Positions 47,636 through 55,542 of a DNA stretch of 55,542 nucleotides are shown here, piece after piece. Under the pieces are notes generated by a model that worked only from the letters and a program-made list of their open reading frames with translations, had not been told where the DNA came from and ran no database searches. Origin of the DNA: a bacterium (lineage in GTDB: Bacteria; Patescibacteriota; 4484-211; GCA-002791395); the NCBI GenBank assembly GCA_027002475.1, contig JALWZS010000018.1, positions 1,093 to 56,634 of the forward strand. Reading direction: 5' to 3'. The translations under genes were made by a program, and so were the position numbers. Positions within the stretch are counted from its first letter, which is position 1; the number at the start of each line of letters is the position of its first letter.

Positions 47636-49990
47636 CTATCCAGGGAGTAATCTACTAAGCTTTTCGTATTCAGCTTGCTTGACAAGTAAGCGCGTGTCGT
47701 CAATAACATCGGGTGAGACACTAATTGAGGTCGCTCCCCAGTCTACCAATTTGTGGATTAGTTCGGGATATTCACTTGGTGCTTGCCCACAAATTCCGCT
47801 CATAATTCCATGCTCTTGGCAGGTTTTAATTGTGTGTTCAATTGCCCAAAGCACTGCAGGGTTTCGTTCGTCAAAGATATGGGCAATTTTTCCATTGTCC
47901 CGGTCAACACCCAAAATTAATTGAGTTAAGTCGTTACTGCCAATTGAAACTCCATCGATTCCAACTCCAATAAACTCTTCAAGCATAATCACTGTCGATG
48001 GAACCTCAACCATGATAAGAAGCTTAAATGTCCCTGATTGGTAAAGACCAACCGATGCTAAAATCTTTTTAACCGCCTTTAGTTCATCAGGAGTCCTTAC
48101 AAATGGAAGCAATAGCCAAAGGTTCTGGTGGTATCGCCGAACTCTTTTTATGGCTTCTAGCTCCATTAGGAATACTTCTGGATCTGCGATGTATCTTGAC
48201 ACTCCCCTAAATCCAATCATTGGGTTTTCCTCATCTTTTTCGTATTTTTCTCCACCCTTTAGCCCTTTGTACTCATTTGTTCTAAAGTCTGTTGCTCGGT
48301 AAATGACTGGTCGTGGATCAAACGCCTTAGCAAACTTCATAATTCCCTCGTATAGCTCGTTAACGAAGTGCTCACGCTTACCTGTTTCAAGCATATATCG
48401 TGGATGCTCACCAATATTTGCAATCATAAATTCAGCGCGAAGTAAGCCAACTCCATCTACATCTCTTTTTGCCATCTCTTCTGCCAACTGCGGTTCACCT
48501 AAGTTGCAGTAAACTTTGGTTGCTGTCTTTTCTGGTAGTTTTATGTTCGATGTTGCTGTTAAATTCTGTGGCATTGCTGCTATTTTGTGCTCCTCTGGAA
48601 TATCTACTTCACCCTTGTAAACTTTTCCGTGTTTACCATCGACTGTGACGATCTCGCCTGTTTTTAGTGTTTTCGTAGCTATTTCTGTTCCAACAACTGC
48701 AGGAATGCCAAGTTCACGGCTAACTATTGCCGCATGCGATGTGCGTCCGCCAAGATTTGTAACAACCGCCACGGCTCGCCTCATTGCAGGAACATAATCA
48801 GGTGTTGTCATGTCTGTAACAAGTACGTCACCATCTTTGACCTTGTTGATCTCTTTAGGGCTCTTAATGATTTTTACAGGTCCAGTTGCATGACCAGGAC
48901 TTGCGCCTAGACCTTCAATTAATGCATCTGGAAGTGGTTTAGCGGGTGCTTCTTCAACTATTTGATTAGCATCGGTAGGACTTTCGGGCGAGTCAATAGT
49001 TGTGATTGGGCGAGCTTGAACTATGTAAACGTTGCCTCTTTCAATTGCCCATTCAATATCTTGCGGATGTTTGTAATGCAGTTCTAGATTTTTACCAATT
49101 TCTGCAAGTTGAACTATTTGTTCATCTGTAACCTTTTGTTCTTTTTGGTATGCTTCTGGGACCTTTACCCAAAATAGCTCGCTTCCTTCTCTAAAAGGCT
49201 CCGCATTCTTTGGAGCTTTATCAGACCTTGCTAACATTCTTAGCTGCTTAACAATGTGCTTGCTTATGATTGTTAGACTTCTTTTGTCGACTTGGTATTG
49301 GTCTGGTGTGATTGAGCCGCTAACAACGGCGTCGCCGAACCCAAATGCTCCTTCTATTGAGATTGTGTTGTAATCATTGCTAATTGGATCAACTGTAAAC
49401 ATCACTCCTGACGCCTCACTGTGAACCATTAGTTGAACTGGGATTGCTATACCAACCTTGAAGTGGTCAAATCCTTGCTGAACTCGGTAAAAAATTGCTC
49501 TGTCTTCAAAGAGTGATGCCCATGCCGCTTGTATTGTTTTAATGACATTCTTTTTCCCTTTAATGTTCATGTAGCTTTCCTGTTGGCCGGCAAAGCTAGC
49601 ATTAGGCAGGTCTTCTGCAGTTGCGGATGAACGAATTGCGACAAGTGCGTCCTTGCCACCAGAGAGTTTTTGATATGCAGAGACGATTTCGTTTTCCATC
49701 TCTTTGGAAAGTTTTGAGCTCATTATTAGTTTGCGCGCGAGTTCACCGCGTTTTTGGAGCTCTTTGGAATCGTTAACGTCAAGTCCTGCAAGAAGTTTTT
49801 CGAGTTTCTTTTTAATGCCTGTGGTTTCTACAAATTCAAAATAAGTTTGGGCGGTAACTACAAAACCATTAGGAACTGGAAAACCTGCTTGAACCATTTC
49901 GCCCAAGTTGGCACCTTTGCCGCCAGCGATTGCGACATCATCCTTGCCAATCTCTTCAAACCATTTTATGTACTTTGCTTTCTTTGGCAT
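47636..49990 (-). CDS. ppsA: phosphoenolpyruvate synthase
   Basis: GGKGANLGEM, RSSATAED, SFAGQQ, GGRTSHAAIVSRELG, SIGSNDLTQ, GICGQAPS. Confidence 0.97.
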   Translation of the reverse strand: MPKKAKYIKWFEEIGKDDVAIAGGKGANLGEMVQAGFPVPNGFVVTAQTYFEFVETTGIKKKLEKLLAGLDVNDSKELQKRGELARKLIMSSKLSKEMENEIVSAYQKLSGGKDALVAIRSSATAEDLPNASFAGQQESYMNIKGKKNVIKTIQAAWASLFEDRAIFYRVQQGFDHFKVGIAIPVQLMVHSEASGVMFTVDPISNDYNTISIEGAFGFGDAVVSGSITPDQYQVDKRSLTIISKHIVKQLRMLARSDKAPKNAEPFREGSELFWVKVPEAYQKEQKVTDEQIVQLAEIGKNLELHYKHPQDIEWAIERGNVYIVQARPITTIDSPESPTDANQIVEEAPAKPLPDALIEGLGASPGHATGPVKIIKSPKEINKVKDGDVLVTDMTTPDYVPAMRRAVAVVTNLGGRTSHAAIVSRELGIPAVVGTEIATKTLKTGEIVTVDGKHGKVYKGEVDIPEEHKIAAMPQNLTATSNIKLPEKTATKVYCNLGEPQLAEEMAKRDVDGVGLLRAEFMIANIGEHPRYMLETGKREHFVNELYEGIMKFAKAFDPRPVIYRATDFRTNEYKGLKGGEKYEKDEENPMIGFRGVSRYIADPEVFLMELEAIKRVRRYHQNLWLLLPFVRTPDELKAVKKILASVGLYQSGTFKLLIMVEVPSTVIMLEEFIGVGIDGVSIGSNDLTQLILGVDRDNGKIAHIFDERNPAVLWAIEHTIKTCQEHGIMSGICGQAPSEYPELIHKLVDWGATSISVSPDVIDDTRLLVKQAEYEKLSRLLPG

Positions 49991-50041
49991 TGGGCAGATT
50001 AACTAACATAAAAAGATTAGCACGTTTACCAGGAAGTTGTA

Positions 50042-50478
50042 AAGGGTTAGAGAGTTGAAGAGTTGTAGGGTTGTAGAGTTAGGGAGTTACGAGTTGGACG
50101 CCCCGCCATCGGCACGGCTTACAGAAGAAGCTTTGCTTCTCCCGTAAGTACGCATGGCGTACGTCCAACTCGAGCGTAGCGTGGCGATCTACTGTTAGCA
50201 GATAGCTTCAGTCGTTTCACTCCTTCTCAATGACATTAAAGGTCACATTGCTGTAGTTGCTTTGCTCTTGAACCCTCAAACGCGCCAACTCTTTAACTCT
50301 ACAACACTTTAACCCGTTGACTCTCTAACTAATCCCAGAACTCCTGATAAACACTTTCGTCCACTAGAGTACGAAAGTATCAACCAACGTTCAAAACGCG
50401 CTGAAACTCTCTAACCCTATAACTCTTCAACTCGTAACTCTCTAACTCTACAACCCTGTAATTCTATAACTCCTCCTC
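50042..50478. repeat. composite repeat: G-rich 8-mer arm, REP-like palindromes, C-rich 8-mer arm containing the ~80-bp core
   Basis: AAGGGTTA GAGAGTTG AAGAGTTG... at left; AACTCTCT AACCCTAT AACTCTTC... at right. Confidence 0.85.
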
Positions 50479-50479
50479 C

Positions 50480-51052
50480 CTATATCGCTTTTAGTATCTC
50501 TTTAATCTTTTGCTCGGTGGTTAGTTCGGGGTTGATATTACTTAGTTTTGGTTCAATTTCTTTTCTTTTATACCCAAGTTTCATAAGTGCACTGATTACA
50601 TCATCGGCATCTTTGTGTTTTGCTTGTAGTTTGGCTGGGTTAATACTTTTGTCGCTTGTAAATTTAGTTTTTAACTCGATAATAATTCTGCTTGCATTTT
50701 TTCTGCCAATCCCAGATACAGATGTGAATAGCTCGACAGAGTCGTTTATAACTGCCTGTTTTATTTGCTCAGGTGTTGCAATATCAAGAACCCCTAATGC
50801 ACTTTTGGGGCCAATGCCAGAAACCGAATTTAAGAGTTTAAAGATGGTGCGCTCGTCGATTGATTTAAATCCAAATAGTCTTAAATCGCGCTCTCCTACT
50901 ACCATTTCTAACCAAAGACTAATTGTGTCATTTAGTTTAATTGAGGATAGAAGTCCTTGAGTTGCATAAATCTCGTAGCCGATATTATTGGTTGCGACAA
51001 TAAGAGTGCTTTCGGAGACATTAATCACTTGCCCCTTAATAAAAGAAATCAT
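50480..51052 (-). CDS. ruvA: Holliday junction branch migration protein RuvA
   Basis: MISFIKG, IGYEI, LFGF, VSGIGPKSAL, SGIGRKNASRIIIELK, ALMKLGY. Confidence 0.97.
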   Translation of the reverse strand: MISFIKGQVINVSESTLIVATNNIGYEIYATQGLLSSIKLNDTISLWLEMVVGERDLRLFGFKSIDERTIFKLLNSVSGIGPKSALGVLDIATPEQIKQAVINDSVELFTSVSGIGRKNASRIIIELKTKFTSDKSINPAKLQAKHKDADDVISALMKLGYKRKEIEPKLSNINPELTTEQKIKEILKAI

Positions 51053-51074
51053 GGAACTATTATATTGAGGTTAC

Positions 51075-51362
51075 TAGTAAATTACAAAGGCACGTAGACA
51101 AGCGCAAATACCGAAATCCAACATTGTAAACAGACTCTAAACTACAAACACCACAAATCCTAAACACGACAAACAAATCACAAATTTCAAACATAACAAA
51201 CGTTTAAGTTTTTGGTTTGTAGTTGGGCCTTCCCTTATTACTTAATACCTGAAGTCTGTTTGGGACATTTGTTATTTGTAACTTGGAATTTGTTTGATCT
51301 GTTTGGAACTTGGGGTTTGTGATTTGTTTGTAGTTTGCTATTTGTAACGTTTGGGATTTGAT
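51075..51362. repeat. 7-mer array with complementary arm
   Basis: ACAAA-rich arm (to ~51200) followed by TTTGT-rich arm; 51173-51193 is identical to 53039-53059. Confidence 0.75.
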
Positions 51363-51365
51363 ACT

Positions 51366-51869
51366 TTATCCTTTCAGCTTGCTATTCGTTACCGCTTTTG
51401 TTATGGCGATTGCCAAAGCGTCTGCTGCGTCGTCTGGTTTAGGGATAGATTTTAGTTTGAGCATATTAGTTACCATTATTTGAATTTGCTTTTTTGTGGC
51501 GTTGCCGTATCCGGTTAGTGCAACTTTTATCTCTGCAGGCTTAAATTCTGCGGGCGTTAAGCCTTTTTGTGCTAGTAGTAACATTGCCACTCCTCTAGCT
51601 TGCCCTACAGTCATTGCTGTTTTTGCATTTTTACCAAAAAAGAGCTCTTCAATTGCTACTTCACTTGGTTTATATTCATCAATTATGCCCTCGAGCTCTT
51701 TATAAATTTGCATAAGGCGGGTTGGAATTTTTTCTTTGGCAGAAGTTCTCACCGAACCATAGTCCAGCATTGTGATTTTTGATTTTTCTACTTGGATTAT
51801 CCCCCACCCCATATCAGCAATACCGGGATCGATTCCAAGAATTATGCGCGTTTGAGTGGTTTTTATCAT
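51366..51869 (-). CDS. ruvC: crossover junction endodeoxyribonuclease RuvC
   Basis: ILGIDPG, AIEELFF, GQARGV, GYGNATKKQ, PDDAADALAIA. Confidence 0.98.
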   Translation of the reverse strand: MIKTTQTRIILGIDPGIADMGWGIIQVEKSKITMLDYGSVRTSAKEKIPTRLMQIYKELEGIIDEYKPSEVAIEELFFGKNAKTAMTVGQARGVAMLLLAQKGLTPAEFKPAEIKVALTGYGNATKKQIQIMVTNMLKLKSIPKPDDAADALAIAITKAVTNSKLKG

Positions 51870-51883
51870 GCTTTTTAACTGAT

Positions 51884-52627
51884 ATGATTATAGCAGTGGT
51901 TAAGAAAACATCTATAGAGTACAGTGGCAAAACTGTTGAAGTTAAGGCTCCTTCCGACTACTTAAAAGACTATTTTCAAAAAGCCGCTCAAGTTAAGCGC
52001 TACGAAGATCCGCGCTATCCTGCAGGTTTTATTGAAGATGATTTGTTAAGTCATATACAAAGGGTTATTAACATGGTAGATCAACTCGATTTAGATGGCA
52101 CGCAAAACGAAGAAATCAAGAGAATGGCATGGGTTCACGATTTGCCAGAGGTTGTGCTTGGTGATTTACCAAACGTTGCCCGAGATGAGGGACTTCTTGA
52201 AGAGCACGATGAAGCTACTGTTGCAAGAGAAATGCTAAATGACTCAGATTTAGATTTATATGAACAGGTCGAGACTGCGTCGGATTATCTTAAAGGTAAA
52301 TCTAACGAGATCCCAACTGGGAATGCATTAATACTTAAAGTTCTTGATTCAATTGATGGGAACTTATTTTTTCATCGGCATGTATATGACTGGATTAAGG
52401 CGGGAAGGACTTTTGACGAGGATATGAATTCAGCACTTACTTATACATTTAAGCAATTCCAGAATTATAAGGATAGGCTTTCTGCAATAGATGCTAATGA
52501 AGTTCCTGAAGTGTTGTTGGCGATTGATTTATTGGATTTTGAAATCGAGTACATAAGAGGCTTGTGGGACAGCGATGAAGACTTAATCCCTGAGTCTATC
52601 GCTTTTTATTTAAGCTCTGATTTATAA
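51884..52627 (+). CDS. HD-domain phosphohydrolase (YfbR-like)
   Basis: KRY...SH...VHDLPEVVLGD...LKVLD; start at ATG 51884 or GTG 51896. Confidence 0.8.
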   Translation: MIIAVVKKTSIEYSGKTVEVKAPSDYLKDYFQKAAQVKRYEDPRYPAGFIEDDLLSHIQRVINMVDQLDLDGTQNEEIKRMAWVHDLPEVVLGDLPNVARDEGLLEEHDEATVAREMLNDSDLDLYEQVETASDYLKGKSNEIPTGNALILKVLDSIDGNLFFHRHVYDWIKAGRTFDEDMNSALTYTFKQFQNYKDRLSAIDANEVPEVLLAIDLLDFEIEYIRGLWDSDEDLIPESIAFYLSSDL

Positions 52628-52730
52628 ACCTGAAAGATGCTGTGTAATCTATCTTGATACCTAATATCTTAGGCTTGACATATGATGTTATTTTATTGTA
52701 ACAAGTACCAATGAGGGGTGGTGATTTTTA

Positions 52731-52925
52731 ATGGTAAAAAAATATTTACTAGATTCACTAGATGATGTCTTGGATGATGGCGGCAGTGATGTTGCAGAAG
52801 AGTTGGATGAACTGGAAGAAGAACTAGATGATTTAATTGGTGACGATGATTGGGATGATGATGAAGACGATGAGTTAGAACTAGTCTTTGATCCCGATTT
52901 AATTGGTGATGATTTTGAAGAGTAA
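52731..52925 (+). CDS. 64-aa hyper-acidic protein
   Basis: 32 of 64 residues are D/E; purine-rich upstream sequence; hairpin downstream. Confidence 0.6.
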   Translation: MVKKYLLDSLDDVLDDGGSDVAEELDELEEELDDLIGDDDWDDDEDDELELVFDPDLIGDDFEE

Positions 52926-52939
52926 TACCTATTGGGCGG

Positions 52940-52967
52940 CTTGGTGCTTGTCGCGCTTTCGGCGAGC
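52940..52967 (+). terminator. GC-rich hairpin after the acidic ORF
   Basis: GGTGCTTGTCG CGCTTT CGGCGAGCACC; no U-tract. Confidence 0.4.
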
Positions 52968-52984
52968 ACCGGTCGCGATGCAAG

Positions 52985-53245
52985 CTTCAAACCTTTCAAG
53001 TTACAAACTCCGAACATGACAAACGTTGTAAACAAATTACAAATCACAAATTTCAAACACTACAAACAAAGTACAAGCAACAAGCTCTAAACAAAACAAA
53101 CTTTTTTGAATCTTTACCTTACGATTAAACATCTCTTTACCGATAAAACCTGTTTGTAATGTTTGATTATTTGTAATTTGAAGTTAGTTTGTGTTGTTTG
53201 GTGATTGTTGCGTTTGTGAATTAGTACTTGTAATTTATAAACGTT
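52985..53245. repeat. 7-mer array with complementary arm
   Basis: 53031-53052 is identical to 15548-15569; TTTGT arm from ~53150. Confidence 0.75.
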
Positions 53246-53270
53246 TGATAGGTTTATTATTTGAGGTCTA

Positions 53271-54266
53271 TCAGTTTGATTTTGTGACCTTATTTACTCC
53301 TTCTTCTGTTGCTACGCGACCTCTTGGGGTCTTCTTAATAAGACCTTTTTGTAGTAGGAATGGCTCAATTACGTCTTCAATGCTTCCTTTATCTTCTGAA
53401 ATTGTTGCAGCAATAGTTTCAATTCCAACAGGTCCACCTCCGAATTTGTTTACGAGTACATGAAGGTATTGGTAATCTAGTTTTGACAGACCGTCTACGT
53501 CAATTCCTAGAAGATTACATGTTTTTGCAATAATTTCTGGCGTTATCTCTCCGTTGTTGTGTACATCGGCGTAATCTCGTACTCGTTTTAGTATGCGGTT
53601 GGCGATTCTTGGGGTTCCTCTGGAGCGTGACGCAATGATTATTGCAGACTCAGGGTCTAGATCTGTGTTTAGTAACTTAGCAGATTGCATAACAATTCGG
53701 CTAAGCTCTTCATCTGAGTAGTATTCAAGTCTAAGAATTGTGCCAAATCTATCCCTAATAGGTGCACTCATCAGCCCTATTCGAGTGGTTGCTCCAATTA
53801 CTGTGAACTTGGGTAACTCAAGCCGCAAAGTCCTTGCAGATGGACCTTGCCCTACTACGATGTCTAAAACATGATCTTCCATTGCGGGATATAAGGTTTC
53901 TTCAACTACTTTGTGAAGTCTGTGAATTTCGTCAATAAACAAAATATCGCCATCATTTAGGTTAGTCAGAATTGATGCTAAGTCCCCTGCCCGCTCGATT
54001 GCCGGTCCTGATGTGATTCTAACGTCAACTTCCATCTCGTTGCCAATAATTCGGGCAAGTGTGGTTTTGCCAAGTCCCGGCGGACCGTATAAAAGTATGT
54101 GGTCGATAACGTCGCTTCTTTTTTGTGATGCGCGAATTAAAATGTCGATATTTTTTTTGACATCTTCTTGCCCATGATAGTGGGCTAACCTTTGCGGGCG
54201 GAGGGAACTATCTAGTAGTGGATCTTCTGTAGGGTCGGATTCAGGTTTTATTATGTCATCATCCAT
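53271..54266 (-). CDS. ruvB: Holliday junction branch migration ATPase RuvB
   Basis: LRPQ, GPPGLGKTT, FIDEIHRL, GATTR, RGTPRIANR, TPRGR; start at 54266 behind TATAAT. Confidence 0.98.
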   Translation of the reverse strand: MDDDIIKPESDPTEDPLLDSSLRPQRLAHYHGQEDVKKNIDILIRASQKRSDVIDHILLYGPPGLGKTTLARIIGNEMEVDVRITSGPAIERAGDLASILTNLNDGDILFIDEIHRLHKVVEETLYPAMEDHVLDIVVGQGPSARTLRLELPKFTVIGATTRIGLMSAPIRDRFGTILRLEYYSDEELSRIVMQSAKLLNTDLDPESAIIIASRSRGTPRIANRILKRVRDYADVHNNGEITPEIIAKTCNLLGIDVDGLSKLDYQYLHVLVNKFGGGPVGIETIAATISEDKGSIEDVIEPFLLQKGLIKKTPRGRVATEEGVNKVTKSN

Positions 54267-54316
54267 AGAACGATTATAGTACAAGAAAGTTTTATAAACG
54301 ACTGAAAGCCGTTTTC

Positions 54317-54530
54317 AAGCTACAAATCACAAGCACGAAACAATCTAAACAAGTTACAAACAAAACAAGCAACAAATTACAAACAAAGTAAACTCTTGGA
54401 TTTCTTTGGCTTACCGTTGAACGTTTATTTGTGGCTTGATATTTGGGGGTTGTTTGTAATGTTTGACTATTGTGGTTTGAGATTTGTTTGTACCGTTTGG
54501 AGTTTGTAACGTTTGTACTGTTTGTGCTTT
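54317..54530. repeat. 7-mer array with complementary arm
   Basis: 54323-54341 is the exact reverse complement of 15649-15667. Confidence 0.75.
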
Positions 54531-54570
54531 GAGTCCTACGGCTTCATTTTTGTGTTATAATCCACTGTGT

Positions 54571-55347
54571 ATGGCAGATAAAGCAAAGACGAAAGAGACC
54601 GCCAAGCCTGCTGCGGAAGTGAAAAAAACGTTTAGTATTCTTACTCTTTTCCCGAAAATGTTTAAAGGACCTTTTAGTGAGTCCATACTAAAAAAAGCAC
54701 AAAACGACGGGATTATTGAGATTAACATTTACAATATCCGAGATTGGGCTAAAGACAAAAATGCAGTAACGGACGACGAGCCCTATGGCGGCGGTGTCGG
54801 AATGGTCCTAAAGCCTGAACCAATTTTCGCAGCGGTAAAGGATATTAAGGAAGAGTACGCAAAGACGCATACGGATAAAGATATAACTCACACAATTCTC
54901 CTTACGCCAAAGGGGCGCAAATATAATTACAGGATTACTAAAAAACTTTCAGAGTTAAGCCACATAATCTTAATTTGTGGGCACTATGAAGGTGTTGATC
55001 ACCGAGTATTTGAGCACTTGGTTGATGAGCGTCTTTCTATTGGTGATTACATACTAACTGGTGGAGAGATTGCTGCTATGGTTGTTGTAGATAGTGTCAG
55101 TAGGTATGTTGATGGAGTTTTAGGTAATGCAAAATCAAAAGAGGAAGAGTCGTTCATGGTTGGACAAAAGGGAATTCTAAAGGCTCCTGTTTATACTCGT
55201 CCCGAAGAGTTTGAAGGACTAAGAGTTCCTGAAGTTTTGCTTTCTGGTAACCACCGTGAAATCGAACGCTGGAGAGAGCAAGCGGCAGAAGAATTAACCA
55301 AAGAATACCGCCCAGATCTACTTGAAAAGAAGAGTGGGTATATTTAG
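54571..55347 (+). CDS. trmD: tRNA (guanine-N1)-methyltransferase
   Basis: LTLFP, DDEPYGGGVGM, CGHYEGVDHR, SIGDYILTGGE, YTRP, LLSGNH; start at ATG 54571. Confidence 0.97.
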   Translation: MADKAKTKETAKPAAEVKKTFSILTLFPKMFKGPFSESILKKAQNDGIIEINIYNIRDWAKDKNAVTDDEPYGGGVGMVLKPEPIFAAVKDIKEEYAKTHTDKDITHTILLTPKGRKYNYRITKKLSELSHIILICGHYEGVDHRVFEHLVDERLSIGDYILTGGEIAAMVVVDSVSRYVDGVLGNAKSKEEESFMVGQKGILKAPVYTRPEEFEGLRVPEVLLSGNHREIERWREQAAEELTKEYRPDLLEKKSGYI

Positions 55348-55500
55348 GGTTACCTAGTTACATAGTTGCTAGTTGGCTGGTTACTAGTTGTTAGTTAGGT
55401 AAAAGGAGTACGCATCCGATGATATCTAAATCAAATAACAAATTACAAAGTTTAAATCACAAACAAACTACAAAATACAAACATAAAAAATCAAGCGATT
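55345..55500. repeat. short (C/T)TAGTT tandem array followed by a 7-mer ACAAA array
   Basis: CTAGTTA CATAGTTG CTAGTTG GCTGGTTA CTAGTTG TTAGTTA; then ACAAATTACAAA... Confidence 0.55.
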
Positions 55501-55542
55501 TTGATTTGGTAAAGAGAACACTTTATTTTGCACGTTTTATAA

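Overview
Bacterial chromosome segment, probably from a Patescibacteria/CPR-type organism. That assignment is inferred from the giant surface proteins, stand-alone LytR-C and transglutaminase genes, and compact promoter-abutting genes. The backbone carries two giant surface proteins, uvrA, a cmk-like kinase, uvrB, htrA, a four-helix-bundle gene, a degenerate enolase, a kinase/regulator pair, ppsA, ruvA/ruvC/ruvB and trmD. Many backbone genes have a TATAAT box exactly 6 nt before the ATG, which looks leaderless. Between uvrB and htrA lies a ~20 kb accessory region: an AT-rich glycosylation cluster, then a visibly GC-richer, Shine-Dalgarno-led, minus-strand island (~27.05-42.25 kb). The island is the best candidate for an undescribed system. 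It encodes a minimal type IV secretion/conjugation-like membrane module (pilin-like, VirB6-like, VirB3-like, VirB4/HerA-like ATPase, transglycosylase-M23-VanW hydrolase, adhesin) with no visible relaxase, VirD4 or integrase. Instead it carries a very divergent Rho-family ATPase and several proteins resembling transcription modulators (DksA/TraR-like, alphaCTD/HhH-like, winged-helix, Arg-rich peptide), punctuated by RNA hairpins. A second notable signal is three families of intergenic repeats (REP/RPE-like palindromes, 8-mer arrays, 7-mer arrays) that have each also entered uvrB, and in one case uvrA, in frame. All assignments come from motif recognition by eye; no database search or GC calculation was run.
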